A stretch of DNA of 64,000 nucleotides from an uncultured Solirubrobacteraceae bacterium (GTDB lineage Bacteria > Actinomycetota > Thermoleophilia > Solirubrobacterales > Solirubrobacteraceae), in contig CADCVR010000102.1 in assembly GCA_902806205.1 (NCBI GenBank), forward strand, positions 17,640 through 81,639, in the 5' to 3' direction. This document shows, piece by piece, positions 38,653 to 47,484 of the stretch (its first letter is position 1; the number at the start of each line of letters is the position of its first letter). The translations under genes were made by a program, and so were the position numbers. A model generated the notes under the pieces. The model had not been told where the DNA came from, searched no databases, and saw only the letters and a program-made list of their open reading frames with translations.

Positions 38653-39345
38653 CTACGCGCCGGTGTCGACCGTGATCTTGGCGGTGCCGATGACCAGCCC
38701 TTCCTTGAGCGCGTCGATGCCGAAGGTCATGTTGAGCAGGTCGGCGGCCTCCTGCTTGAGCTTGACGGTCGTGCCCTCGAGCACGGCCTTGGAGCCGTCG
38801 GCGTTCGTCCGCAGCGGCTGCAGCGTGCGGCCGTCGAGGAAGAACAGCGGCGCGTCGGCGACTGCCTCTTCGCCGTCGACGGAGACGTCGCCGGTGAGGA
38901 CTGACTTGCCGGGGTCGACGTCGAAGTTCTCGAGCTCGACCTTCTTGCCGCCGGCCTCGAGGCTCAAGCCGGCGTTGTCGTGGTTGATGAGGCCCTGGAC
39001 GTAGGGCATGACGCCGGAGTCGGGGCTGTAGTAGGTGACGTTGCCGCCGGTGATCGGGAAGGTGGCGACGCCGGCCTTGGAGATCGTCGCGTCGCCGACC
39101 GGGCCGGGCGTGACCTTCAGCGAGGTGAGGGCCTCGACGAAGCCCTCGTCGAGTGTGACCTTCGTGGTCCTGCCGCTGAGGGAGTCGATCTGGGCGGCGG
39201 GCTTGGGCTTGTCGCCGGAATCGGACTTCGCGGCGGCGCCGGGGGTCGAGGTGGTCGTCTCCTCGTCGTCGCCGCACGCGGCGGCGGTGAAGGCGAGGGC
39301 GCCTGCAGCAAGCAGGGCGGAGGGGAGTCGGAAGTTCATACTCAT
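38653..39345 (-). CDS. Secreted lipoprotein of unknown function (beta-rich)
   Basis: Lipobox AAAC followed by acidic/Thr linker; FPITGG, NFDVDPG. Confidence 0.8.
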   Translation of the reverse strand: MSMNFRLPSALLAAGALAFTAAACGDDEETTTSTPGAAAKSDSGDKPKPAAQIDSLSGRTTKVTLDEGFVEALTSLKVTPGPVGDATISKAGVATFPITGGNVTYYSPDSGVMPYVQGLINHDNAGLSLEAGGKKVELENFDVDPGKSVLTGDVSVDGEEAVADAPLFFLDGRTLQPLRTNADGSKAVLEGTTVKLKQEAADLLNMTFGIDALKEGLVIGTAKITVDTGA

Positions 39346-39525
39346 AGATGACGCCGCAGACGCCCGACCGGATCACATCTCAACACTCAAAGGGGTGTTC
39401 CGCGCCGGTTCGGCCTGAAGGACTTCAGGGCTCCGACCCCGGCCGGGCGGTGGCCGCTGCGTCGCGCCGGGGCCGCGAGCCTTCGAATCTGCTCACGTGG
39501 GCGTGACGCGCGCCACACTGGGGTC

Positions 39526-40923
39526 GTGGGATTCTCGGCGTCCGAAAGGCAGGCCCCGGACGCCGACGCGCGCTGGCGCTTCGGCCTCTTCTCGGCGCTG
39601 TTCGCGCTCTCGCTGATCTTGCACCAGCTCTGGTGGGACGGCTTCGAGGTCCCGGGGTTGCACTTCGGCGTCATCATCGCCGCGTTCTGGGTTCTCATGC
39701 GCCCGACGTCCGTCGCGCGCCTGCTGGCCCTGCTCGCGCTGGAGGTGGTGGCCGTGGCGCGCGACATGCCCGGGGCGGGAAGCCACACGCTGCTCGCCGC
39801 CGTGTGCGGAGCGTCGATCCTCCTCTACGCCGCATGGACGGCGGCCTCCACGCGGCGCCTGCCCGACGCCGCTGCCTGCTTCGAGCGCGTCGCGCCCTTC
39901 CTGCGGGTCGCACTCATCGTCCTCTATGCGGCGGCAGCGCTGGCGAAGATGAATCCCGGCTACTTCGACGCCCAGATCAGCTGCGCGGCGGCGATGGTGC
40001 CGAGCGTCGTCGGGTTCGCCCTTGGACTGGTCGACGTGAGGTGGCTCCCCGGACCGGCGATGTGGGGCAGTGTGCTCGTCGAGGCGACGCTGCCGCTGCT
40101 GCTCGTCCTGCCGCGCACCCGGGTGGCCGGCCTGATCCTCGGCGCGACGTTCCATCTTGTTCTCGCGCTCGCGGGCAACGTCCCGTTCACGTCGCTCGTC
40201 CTCGCGTTCTACGTCGCGTTCCTGCCGCCCGGCGTGGCGACGCGGATGCGCGCCGTCGCGCTCGAGCGCCGGCCGGTCTGGGCCGGCGCATGGGCTTGGC
40301 GCGCAGTGCTCGCGACGCTTGCGGGCCTCTGGACGCTCGGCGGGATCGCGACGGAGGTGGAGCCCACGTCGGCCACCACGGCGGTCGCGTGGGGCACCCG
40401 CCTCGTCGTGGTGGCGGTCATCGGGGTCGCCGGGATGCTCGCGCTCGCCGTGCGGCGCGCCGGTGACCGGCCCGGGCGCCCTCCGCGGCTCGGGCTGCGC
40501 GTCACTCATCCGGCTCTCGTCGCCGGCATCGTGCTGCTCGGGCTCAACGCCGCCGCGCCGTATCTCGGGCTGAAGACCGAGAGCGCCTTCACGATGTTCT
40601 CGAACCTGCAGACGGAGGCCGACGACTGGAATCACGCGTTCGTACCGCAGGCGGTGCGCCTGTTCGGCTACCAGGAGGAGCTCGTCACCGTCACCGCGTC
40701 GAACGACCCGCGCCTGCTGCGGCGCACGAGCCAGGGGACCCGGATGGTGCGCTTCGAGCTCGAGCGCCACCTGCGGCGCAACCCCGGCGTGCGCGCGATC
40801 TGGACCGACCGCGCCGGGGGGTCGCATACCGCGGCCAGGGCAGAGAGCCCATGGCCGGTCGCCCTCGTCGACAAGGTCGCGAAGTTCCGCGACGTGCGGG
40901 CGCCCGAACGGCGCGGCTGCTGA
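39526..40923 (+). CDS. Multi-pass membrane protein, HTTM-like, with soluble C-terminal domain
   Basis: About 10 TM segments; AALAKMNPGYF, FHLVLAL, FTMFSNLQTE...NH. Confidence 0.65.
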   Translation: MGFSASERQAPDADARWRFGLFSALFALSLILHQLWWDGFEVPGLHFGVIIAAFWVLMRPTSVARLLALLALEVVAVARDMPGAGSHTLLAAVCGASILLYAAWTAASTRRLPDAAACFERVAPFLRVALIVLYAAAALAKMNPGYFDAQISCAAAMVPSVVGFALGLVDVRWLPGPAMWGSVLVEATLPLLLVLPRTRVAGLILGATFHLVLALAGNVPFTSLVLAFYVAFLPPGVATRMRAVALERRPVWAGAWAWRAVLATLAGLWTLGGIATEVEPTSATTAVAWGTRLVVVAVIGVAGMLALAVRRAGDRPGRPPRLGLRVTHPALVAGIVLLGLNAAAPYLGLKTESAFTMFSNLQTEADDWNHAFVPQAVRLFGYQEELVTVTASNDPRLLRRTSQGTRMVRFELERHLRRNPGVRAIWTDRAGGSHTAARAESPWPVALVDKVAKFRDVRAPERRGC

Positions 40924-40950
40924 CCCGCAGCCGGCGGCTCGGCGAACTTA

Positions 40951-41114
40951 GCGCTCCGATTCCGAAGTTCCGTGGCAGCATCCGGGCGCCTCGCCGGGCC
41001 GTGCCGCCCGGCGACGGCCCCGCAAGTACGCCCGGTACGAGCAGGGCCGTCGCCGAACGCCACGGCGCGCCGATCCATCCCGGATCCTGCGACGGAACTT
41101 ACGAATCGGAGCAC
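40951..41114. repeat. 164-bp end-to-end imperfect palindrome between convergent genes
   Basis: Arms 40951-41029 and 41035-41114 pair at 63 of 79 positions (manual count), 5-nt loop. Confidence 0.8.
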
Positions 41115-41861
41115 TCAGCCCGCCAGGTTCCTGCGCCGCAGTGACCACATCTGCGAGGCGCGCTCCAGTTCAAGCGCCGCGGCCCAGGGCAGTGCAGGCG
41201 GGCCCGTGCTCGCCCGCATGGAGCGCGCGGTACGTCGGGCGAGCTCCGGATCGCTCGCCGGGACGGCGGCGAGCTCCAGCGCGGTGGCGTCGACCCGGTC
41301 GGCCGGTACGGCGGTCCAAGCGAGGCCGAGCTCGACGGCCTGTGCCCCGGTGACGGTGGCGCCGAAGAGCTGCATGGCGTTGGCGGTCTCCCGCCCGGCC
41401 GCGCGCGAGAGAAGCAGCCCGTGGCCGCCGCCCGGATGCAGGCCGATCGGCAGGAACCCCGAGAGGAGCTTCGCGTCGGCGGCGACGACGCGCAGGTCGG
41501 TGGCCAGCGCGAGGTTCAGTCCCGCGCCGAGCGCGCCGCCGCGGATCGCCGCGATCGTCGGGGGCTCAAGCGTCCCCATGCGGGCGAAGGCGCGGTAGAT
41601 CGTGCCCATGTCGCGGTAGGCGGCCGGGGCGGCCGGATCCTCGCCGGCGGCGGCGAGCGTCGCGCGGTCGCCGCCGGCGCAGAAGTAGGGACCCTCGCCG
41701 CGGACGACGACCGCGCCGATCCCCGGGTCGCCGTCGATCGTCTCGCAGGCCTCGACCATGGCCTCGGCCATCGCGGGGGTCAGCGCGTTGCGCCGCTCGG
41801 GCGCCCGCAGGGTCACGACGGCGATGCCGTCCCGGCGTTCCAGCGTGAGCTGTTCGGACAT
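41115..41861 (-). CDS. Enoyl-CoA hydratase/isomerase family protein
   Basis: RRNAL, FCAGGD, ALGAGLNLALATDLR. Confidence 0.92.
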   Translation of the reverse strand: MSEQLTLERRDGIAVVTLRAPERRNALTPAMAEAMVEACETIDGDPGIGAVVVRGEGPYFCAGGDRATLAAAGEDPAAPAAYRDMGTIYRAFARMGTLEPPTIAAIRGGALGAGLNLALATDLRVVAADAKLLSGFLPIGLHPGGGHGLLLSRAAGRETANAMQLFGATVTGAQAVELGLAWTAVPADRVDATALELAAVPASDPELARRTARSMRASTGPPALPWAAALELERASQMWSLRRRNLAG

Positions 41862-41919
41862 CTCCCGGAGCCTACGGCCGCACGCTGCAGCTGCCGTCGG
41901 GCGACCGCACGCGACAGGC

Positions 41920-42462
41920 TCAGGCGATCTCGCGCAGCGCTCCGGTGTCCACGTCGTAGACGAAGCCGCGGACGTGGTCGCGGTACGGCACGAAGGGGCT
42001 CTGCCGGACGCGCTGCACCGAGCTGCGCACGTCGAGATCGAGGTCGGTGAACGTCTCGACGGCCCAGCTCGGCTTCGTGCCGGTCTCCTCGAGCAGCTCG
42101 AGGCGCAGATCGTCCTCGGTGAAGGTGAGCATGCCGCAGTCGGTGTGGTGGACGAGGATGATCTCGCGCGTGCCGAGCTTGCGCTGGGAGATCGTCAGCG
42201 AGCGGATGACGTCATCGGTGGCGACGCCACCGGCGTTGCGGATCAGGTGGGCGTCCCCGGGCTGCAGCCCGAGGATGCCGAAGAGGTCCAGGCGGGCGTC
42301 CATGCACGCCACGACCGCCACGCGCCGCGCCGGTCGTGGCGTCCGCAACGGCGCCTCGAACGTCGTGGCGTGCCCGACCGCGCTGGCGACGAGCTCGTCG
42401 ATGACCGACGAGCCGGCAAGCTCTCGACGGCGATCGTGGTGGTTCCAGGCTGCGGCGGTCAC
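41920..42462 (-). CDS. Beta-class carbonic anhydrase (start uncertain)
   Basis: ACMDARL, IRNAGG, HHTDCGM zinc ligands. Confidence 0.93.
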   Translation of the reverse strand: MTAAAWNHHDRRRELAGSSVIDELVASAVGHATTFEAPLRTPRPARRVAVVACMDARLDLFGILGLQPGDAHLIRNAGGVATDDVIRSLTISQRKLGTREIILVHHTDCGMLTFTEDDLRLELLEETGTKPSWAVETFTDLDLDVRSSVQRVRQSPFVPYRDHVRGFVYDVDTGALREIA

Positions 42463-42519
42463 CGCTCAGATGATGCCCGCTCGGCCCGCCGAGCAGCTCA
42501 GGTGACGCCGCCGCTGCCT

Positions 42520-43608
42520 TCAGCAGATCCGCGGCAGCGGATCGCCGGCGAGCATGTCGACCACGCGGTTGCCACCGAAGGCGGTGTTCAGCAGCACCAT
42601 GCCCGGAGCCGTAGGGTCCTCCCGGAGCTCGCCGACGACCGCGGCGTCTCCGCCGAGCGGATGCCCACGCAGCGCGGCGAGCGCCGCCTCGACGCCGGCG
42701 GGGCCGACGACGGCCACGAGCTTGCCCTCGTTGGCGACGTACAGCGGGTCGATGCCGAGGATCTCACAGGCGCCGTGGACCTCCGGGCGGATCGGCAGCG
42801 CGGCCTCGTCGAGATCGACCGCGAGCTCCGTCGCGAGCGCCAGCTCGGCGAGGACCGTGGCCAGCCCCCCGCGCGTCGGGTCGCGGAGCCAGCGGACCTC
42901 GTCGGTGGCGTCGAGCAGGGCCGCCGTCAGCTCGTTGACCGAGGCGGTGTCGCTGCGCAGGTCGGTCTCCAGCTCGAGCTCGCCCCGGGCGACCATGATC
43001 GCCATCCCGTGATCGCCGAGGGTTCCCGAGACGATGACCTTGTCGCCGCTGCGCACCTGCTCCGGAGCGAGCACGATGTCACGCTCGTGCACGCCGACGC
43101 CCGCCGTGGTGATGTAGAGCCCGTCCGCCTTGCCGCGCTCGACGACCTTGGTGTCCCCGGTCACGATGGCGACTCCCGCCCGAGCGGCGGCGCCGGCCAT
43201 GGACTGGGCGATGCGCTCGAGTTCCGCGGTGGCCAGCCCCTCCTCGAGGATGAACGAGGCCGACAGCCACAGCGGACGGGCGCCGGCCATCGCCAGGTCG
43301 TTGACGGTGCCGTTGACCGCGAGCTCGCCGATGTCGCCGCCGGGGAAGAAGCGCGGCTTGACCACCGATGCGTCGGTGGTGAACGCCAGGCGCGGCGCCG
43401 TGCCCTCGACCTGCAACAGCGCCGAGTCGCCGAGCGCGTCGAGTGCCGGGTTGGTGAACGCCCGGCGGAAGACCATCTCGATCAGCGTGTGGGAGGACTT
43501 GCCGCCGGCACCGTGGGCCAGCGTGATCTGCTGGTCCATCAACTTGACGTGCGGGCGCCGGCGGCGACGCTCGATGGCGTCGAGGACGTCCTCCTCCGAA
43601 CGGCTCAC
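42520..43608 (-). CDS. hypE: Hydrogenase maturation protein HypE
   Basis: ITLAHGAGG, GGDIGELAVNGTVNDLAM, RDPTRGG, ANEGK, C-terminal LPRIC. Confidence 0.97.
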   Translation of the reverse strand: MSRSEEDVLDAIERRRRRPHVKLMDQQITLAHGAGGKSSHTLIEMVFRRAFTNPALDALGDSALLQVEGTAPRLAFTTDASVVKPRFFPGGDIGELAVNGTVNDLAMAGARPLWLSASFILEEGLATAELERIAQSMAGAAARAGVAIVTGDTKVVERGKADGLYITTAGVGVHERDIVLAPEQVRSGDKVIVSGTLGDHGMAIMVARGELELETDLRSDTASVNELTAALLDATDEVRWLRDPTRGGLATVLAELALATELAVDLDEAALPIRPEVHGACEILGIDPLYVANEGKLVAVVGPAGVEAALAALRGHPLGGDAAVVGELREDPTAPGMVLLNTAFGGNRVVDMLAGDPLPRIC

Positions 43609-44735
43609 GCGACGGAAGCCGGCTCGGGCGTGCGCCGTCCGGCGTGACGCCCGTAGTTGTAGTAGGCCGCGCAGGCGCCCTCGCTGGAGACCATGCACGT
43701 CCCGATGGGCCGATCCGGCGTGCACGAGGTCCCGAAGACCTTGCACTGCCAGGGCTTGATGACGCCCTTTAGGACCTCGCCGCACTGGCAGGCCTTGGGG
43801 TCGGCGACGCGCACGCCGGGAATGTCGTAGCGCACTTCCGCGTCCCAGACCGCGAGCTCGTCGCGAAGCTTCAGCGCGCTCTGGGAGATGAAGCCCAGCC
43901 CCCGCCACTCGAACGTCGTTCGCAGCTCCATCGTCTCGGCGATCGCCTTCAGCGCCAGGGGATTGCCCTCCTCGCGAACCACGCGCGAGTACTGGTTCTC
44001 CACCTCGGAGCGCCCCTCGGCGAGCTGGCGCATGAGCATGTAGACGCCCTGCAGGATGTCGAGCGGCTCGAATCCGGAGACCGCGATCGGCAGGTCGTAG
44101 TCCCGGCTGATGAACTCGTAGGGACGCGTCCCGATCACCGTCGAGACGTGGCCGGGCCCGATGAAGCCGTTGAGGCGCAGGTCGGGGGAGTCCAGGATCG
44201 AGCGGATCGCCGGGATGATCGTCACGTGGTTGGCGAAGAGCGAGAAGTTGGTGATCCCCTCCGCCCGAGCGCGCAGCAGGGTCACGGCCGTCGACGGGGT
44301 CGTCGTCTCGAAGCCGATGGCGAAGAAGACGACCTCGCGGTCCGGGTTCTCGCGCGCGATGCGCAGCGCGTCGAGCGGCGAGTAGACCATCCGCACGTCC
44401 GCTCCGCTGGCCTTGGCGTCGAGCAGCGACCCCTGGCTCGCGGGCACGCGCATCATGTCGCCGAAGGTCGTGAAGATGACTTCCGGGCGCTTGGCGATGG
44501 CGATGGCGTCGTCCTGGCGGCCCATCGGGATGACGCACACCGGGCATCCCGGTCCGTGCACCAGTTCGATCTCCGGCGGCAGGAGGTCCTCCACGCCGTG
44601 CTTGTAGATCGTGTGCGTGTGGCCGCCGCAGACCTCCATGAACTTGTAGTTGCGGCCGGGTTCGGCCAGCCCGGCGATCTGCTCGGCGACGCGCTTGGCC
44701 ACCTCTCCGGAACGGAACTCGTCGACGAATTTCAT
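43605..44735 (-). CDS. hypD: Hydrogenase maturation protein HypD
   Basis: MEVCGGHTH, GPGCPVC, GFETT, CMVSSEGAC. Confidence 0.98.
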   Translation of the reverse strand: MKFVDEFRSGEVAKRVAEQIAGLAEPGRNYKFMEVCGGHTHTIYKHGVEDLLPPEIELVHGPGCPVCVIPMGRQDDAIAIAKRPEVIFTTFGDMMRVPASQGSLLDAKASGADVRMVYSPLDALRIARENPDREVVFFAIGFETTTPSTAVTLLRARAEGITNFSLFANHVTIIPAIRSILDSPDLRLNGFIGPGHVSTVIGTRPYEFISRDYDLPIAVSGFEPLDILQGVYMLMRQLAEGRSEVENQYSRVVREEGNPLALKAIAETMELRTTFEWRGLGFISQSALKLRDELAVWDAEVRYDIPGVRVADPKACQCGEVLKGVIKPWQCKVFGTSCTPDRPIGTCMVSSEGACAAYYNYGRHAGRRTPEPASVA

Positions 44736-46090
44736 GTGGGGCTTCCTATCGCTTCGAGGATCAGGTGGTAGATCGTGGCCTGCGTCTCCTGCACGCGGGC
44801 CACGTCGTCGCTGGGCACCAGGAGCAGGTGGTCCAGCCAGTCGAATTCGCCGATCAACCCACCGGGGTGGGCGACGATCGCGCAGGTCTTCATCCCGCGA
44901 TGGTGGGCGGCGGCGAGCGCTTGCAGAAGGTTCTCGGACGACCCGTTCACCGAGAGGGCGATCGCGACGTCCCTGCTGTGTCCGAGGGTCGTGATCTGGC
45001 GGGCGAAGACGTTCTCGTAGCCGTCGTCGTCAGCCAGTGCCGTAACGGTGGCCGCGTCGTTGCCCAGCGCGAACGCGGTCCAGCCCTGGTTCAGCAGGTC
45101 GCCGGCGAAGTCCTGGGCGGCGGCGGCCGAGCCGCCGTTGCCGAACGTGAGCACGCGGCCGCCGGTCATCAGGCGCCTGCGGATCTTGCCCGCGCACCGT
45201 TCGATCTCGGCGACATCGAGTTCGCGCCTGAGCAGCAGGATCTCGCGTCCCTTCTGCGCGATCGACTCGCGGACGTCGCGGAGGGCCACGTCGATGTCGC
45301 GCTCGACGCGCTCGAGGAAGGGGTAGAGCGACGACGCGGGGACAGGGCCTTCCCCGGGGCCGGCGTCGAGGCGCTCGAGCGCCACGCCGGCGTGGCAGAG
45401 CAGGAGGTCACCCTGGGTGACTTCCTCGATCAGATCGCACGCGACATCTTCGCGGAGCCCGTCGATGTCGACGGTGGCGCCGTGCTCGGTCAGGGCGACG
45501 ACGCGGCCCGGGAGCGCGATGTCGCCGCAGGTGATGCAGGCCTCCTCGAGCAGTCCCGGGTGTTCGAAGAAGACCTGCACCAGCTCACACAGGAGCTGGT
45601 AGGCGACCTGCTGGACCTCTTGAACGACGTGGGGATCCGAGGAGTCGACCGTCAGCACGTGGTCGGCGCGGGGGGCCGTGCCCCCGGGGCCGACGAGCGC
45701 GACGGTCAGGGCGCCGCGCCGGGCGCCCGCGTCGAGAAAGGCGCGGGCGGGCTCGTCGACCGGCCCGTGCGTGAGGCTCAGGGCGATGTCGTCGCCCCCG
45801 AAGATCTGGGCACGCTGCGTCGCCCCCGTCGGATCGTTGGACGGCGCGAGCGCGGGAAACGAGCGCTTGCCGGCGACCGTGGGGTGCATGAGGGCGACGG
45901 CGACGCGCGCGGCGTCGGTCGCCGCGCTGGCGGACCCGTGGGCCAGCAGCACGCCGCCGCGGCCCAGGGACCGCGCGACGTCGTGGCAGGCGCGCGTGAG
46001 GCGCTCGCCGTGCTCGTCGAGGAAAGCGCTGAGCGCCCTCTCGCGATCGACCAGACGGGCGGTGAAGGGCGTGACGCCAGCCGCCGTCAC
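44732..46090 (-). CDS. Triple fusion: GmhA-like SIS domain, HypC/HupF-like domain, GmhA-like SIS domain
   Basis: N-terminal SIS (ALMHPTVAGKRSFPAL, VQEVQQVAY); central CITCGD...DLLLCHAGVAL; C-terminal SIS (FGNGGS, ALGND, SVNGSSEN, RVQETQ); no stop between them; GTGA overlap with hypC. Confidence 0.8.
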   Translation of the reverse strand: MTAAGVTPFTARLVDRERALSAFLDEHGERLTRACHDVARSLGRGGVLLAHGSASAATDAARVAVALMHPTVAGKRSFPALAPSNDPTGATQRAQIFGGDDIALSLTHGPVDEPARAFLDAGARRGALTVALVGPGGTAPRADHVLTVDSSDPHVVQEVQQVAYQLLCELVQVFFEHPGLLEEACITCGDIALPGRVVALTEHGATVDIDGLREDVACDLIEEVTQGDLLLCHAGVALERLDAGPGEGPVPASSLYPFLERVERDIDVALRDVRESIAQKGREILLLRRELDVAEIERCAGKIRRRLMTGGRVLTFGNGGSAAAAQDFAGDLLNQGWTAFALGNDAATVTALADDDGYENVFARQITTLGHSRDVAIALSVNGSSENLLQALAAAHHRGMKTCAIVAHPGGLIGEFDWLDHLLLVPSDDVARVQETQATIYHLILEAIGSPT

Positions 46091-46365
46091 TCGATCTTGC
46101 TCCCCTCGAGCTCGGCGAGCTCCTCGTGCCAGGGGTCGCCCAACTGGATCAGGAACTCCAGCGTCGACTTCGCCTCCTCCTCGTCGATCTTCGACATGGC
46201 GAAGCCGACGTGGATGAGGACCCAGTCCCCGACGTCGACGGCGTCCGGACCGTCGGCCAACAGGCCGACGTTGACCGCGCGGCGGACGCCGGAGACCTCG
46301 GCCTTGGCGATGTTGGTCTTCACGTCGACCCACTCGATGATCTGTCCGGGGATTCCTAGGCACAT
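46087..46365 (-). CDS. hypC: Hydrogenase chaperone HypC
   Basis: MCLGIPG, GDWVLIHVGFAM; AAGGAG RBS. Confidence 0.97.
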   Translation of the reverse strand: MCLGIPGQIIEWVDVKTNIAKAEVSGVRRAVNVGLLADGPDAVDVGDWVLIHVGFAMSKIDEEEAKSTLEFLIQLGDPWHEELAELEGSKIE

Positions 46366-46490
46366 GGTGTTCTCCTTGCCGCGATCGCGGCCTGTCCGAA
46401 GCTGATCCCGGCATCGTCGCGCGAGATGTTGGAAAAGGGGGCCTTCTGAGACTAGGACCACGCGCAAGCCATGGTTCGGGTCACATGGTA

Positions 46491-46507
46491 GATGTAGCGG
46501 ACACACA
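46491..46507. promoter_or_regulatory. Candidate operator motif, copy 1 (GATGTAGCGGACACACA)
   Basis: Matches TG-N9-CACA pattern seen upstream of three other locus units. Confidence 0.35.
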
Positions 46508-46688
46508 CCGCGGGACCACGCCGGCCGGCGCGGCTACTTGGCGCGACGGGGGTCGCCCGTCCGCTCTGCTTCGAACACTCAGCTGGTGTTGCTCCGCGCA
46601 CCGGTCCAGGCCGCGCCTCCCGCAAGATCGCGTGCAGTGCAGGAGATTCTTTGCCGTGGGCGACGGCCTGGCGTACCGTGGCCGCGCC

Positions 46689-47225
46689 ATGACACGCCAA
46701 TTCCAGCCTGCCGTCACCGATCTGCGCCGCGCCATCGACGGCCTCTCCGGTCGAACCCGCGAAGCCATGCTCGAGGGCATCGAGTGCGAGGCCGTGATCA
46801 CCGGCGGTTACATGGACAACGATGGCGGGGTCTGCCCGATGCTCGCCGCCCACCGGCAGGGGGCGCGCGCCAACTTCGTCCTCTTCGCCGGGGCGTGGGA
46901 CCACTTCACCGGTGTGGACGGCCTCAGCATCACCCGCCGCGCCACTCCGCGCGAGCTCGGCGCCCTGGTCGCCCAGCTCGAGGAGAGCCTGCAGAGCGAG
47001 GGGCCGCTGTCGGACCTGGCGGCTGCGATCGCCGATCACAAGGCCCTCGCGCGTGCCCGCCGTGACCCCGGGCCGTGGTCCGACCTGGCGGCCGCGATCG
47101 CCGACCATCAGGTGCTCGCCCGTGCCCGTCGCGAGCGCGAGGCGTCCGGCGTCGGCCTCGACTGGCTTCACGGCGGGGACGACGCTCCGGTGGTGGAGCC
47201 GCAGCGGAGCCTCGCCCTGGCGTAG
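46689..47225 (+). CDS. Hypothetical protein with internal 23-aa tandem duplication
   Basis: GGVCPMLAAHR motif; GPxSDLAAAIADHxxLARARR twice (69-bp unit at 47001 and 47070). Confidence 0.75.
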   Translation: MTRQFQPAVTDLRRAIDGLSGRTREAMLEGIECEAVITGGYMDNDGGVCPMLAAHRQGARANFVLFAGAWDHFTGVDGLSITRRATPRELGALVAQLEESLQSEGPLSDLAAAIADHKALARARRDPGPWSDLAAAIADHQVLARARREREASGVGLDWLHGGDDAPVVEPQRSLALA

Positions 47226-47402
47226 GGGTCCTGGGGCGTGTCGCGGCGGTCTCGGCCGCCGCTCGGGCGCTCTCGGGGCGGACCGCCCGCGCGCGGACGC
47301 GGGGCTGCGCTGGATGCCGGCCGCGAGACGGTCGGGGCCGGCCTCCGACCGTGTTAGGTCCCCGACACTGTGTTCGACGCACTTAGCCGCGTTCTTCGCC
47401 GG

Positions 47403-47419
47403 TGTGTATGGTCGCCACA
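47403..47419. promoter_or_regulatory. Candidate operator motif, copy 2 (TGTGTATGGTCGCCACA)
   Basis: GGTGTG-N9-CACACC inverted repeat 65 bp upstream of hydrogenase pair 1. Confidence 0.45.
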
Positions 47420-47484
47420 CCTAGCGGTGAGCGCGGGCGCACGTTGCGCCCGCTGCGCCGTGCCGAACCAGGAGAAGCGGGAAG

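Noticed and set aside
44732-46090. GmhA role in LPS heptose synthesis
   Set aside because: No hldE/gmhB/hldD nearby, the first SIS domain is degenerate, and the protein is fused to a HypC-like domain inside the hyp operon.
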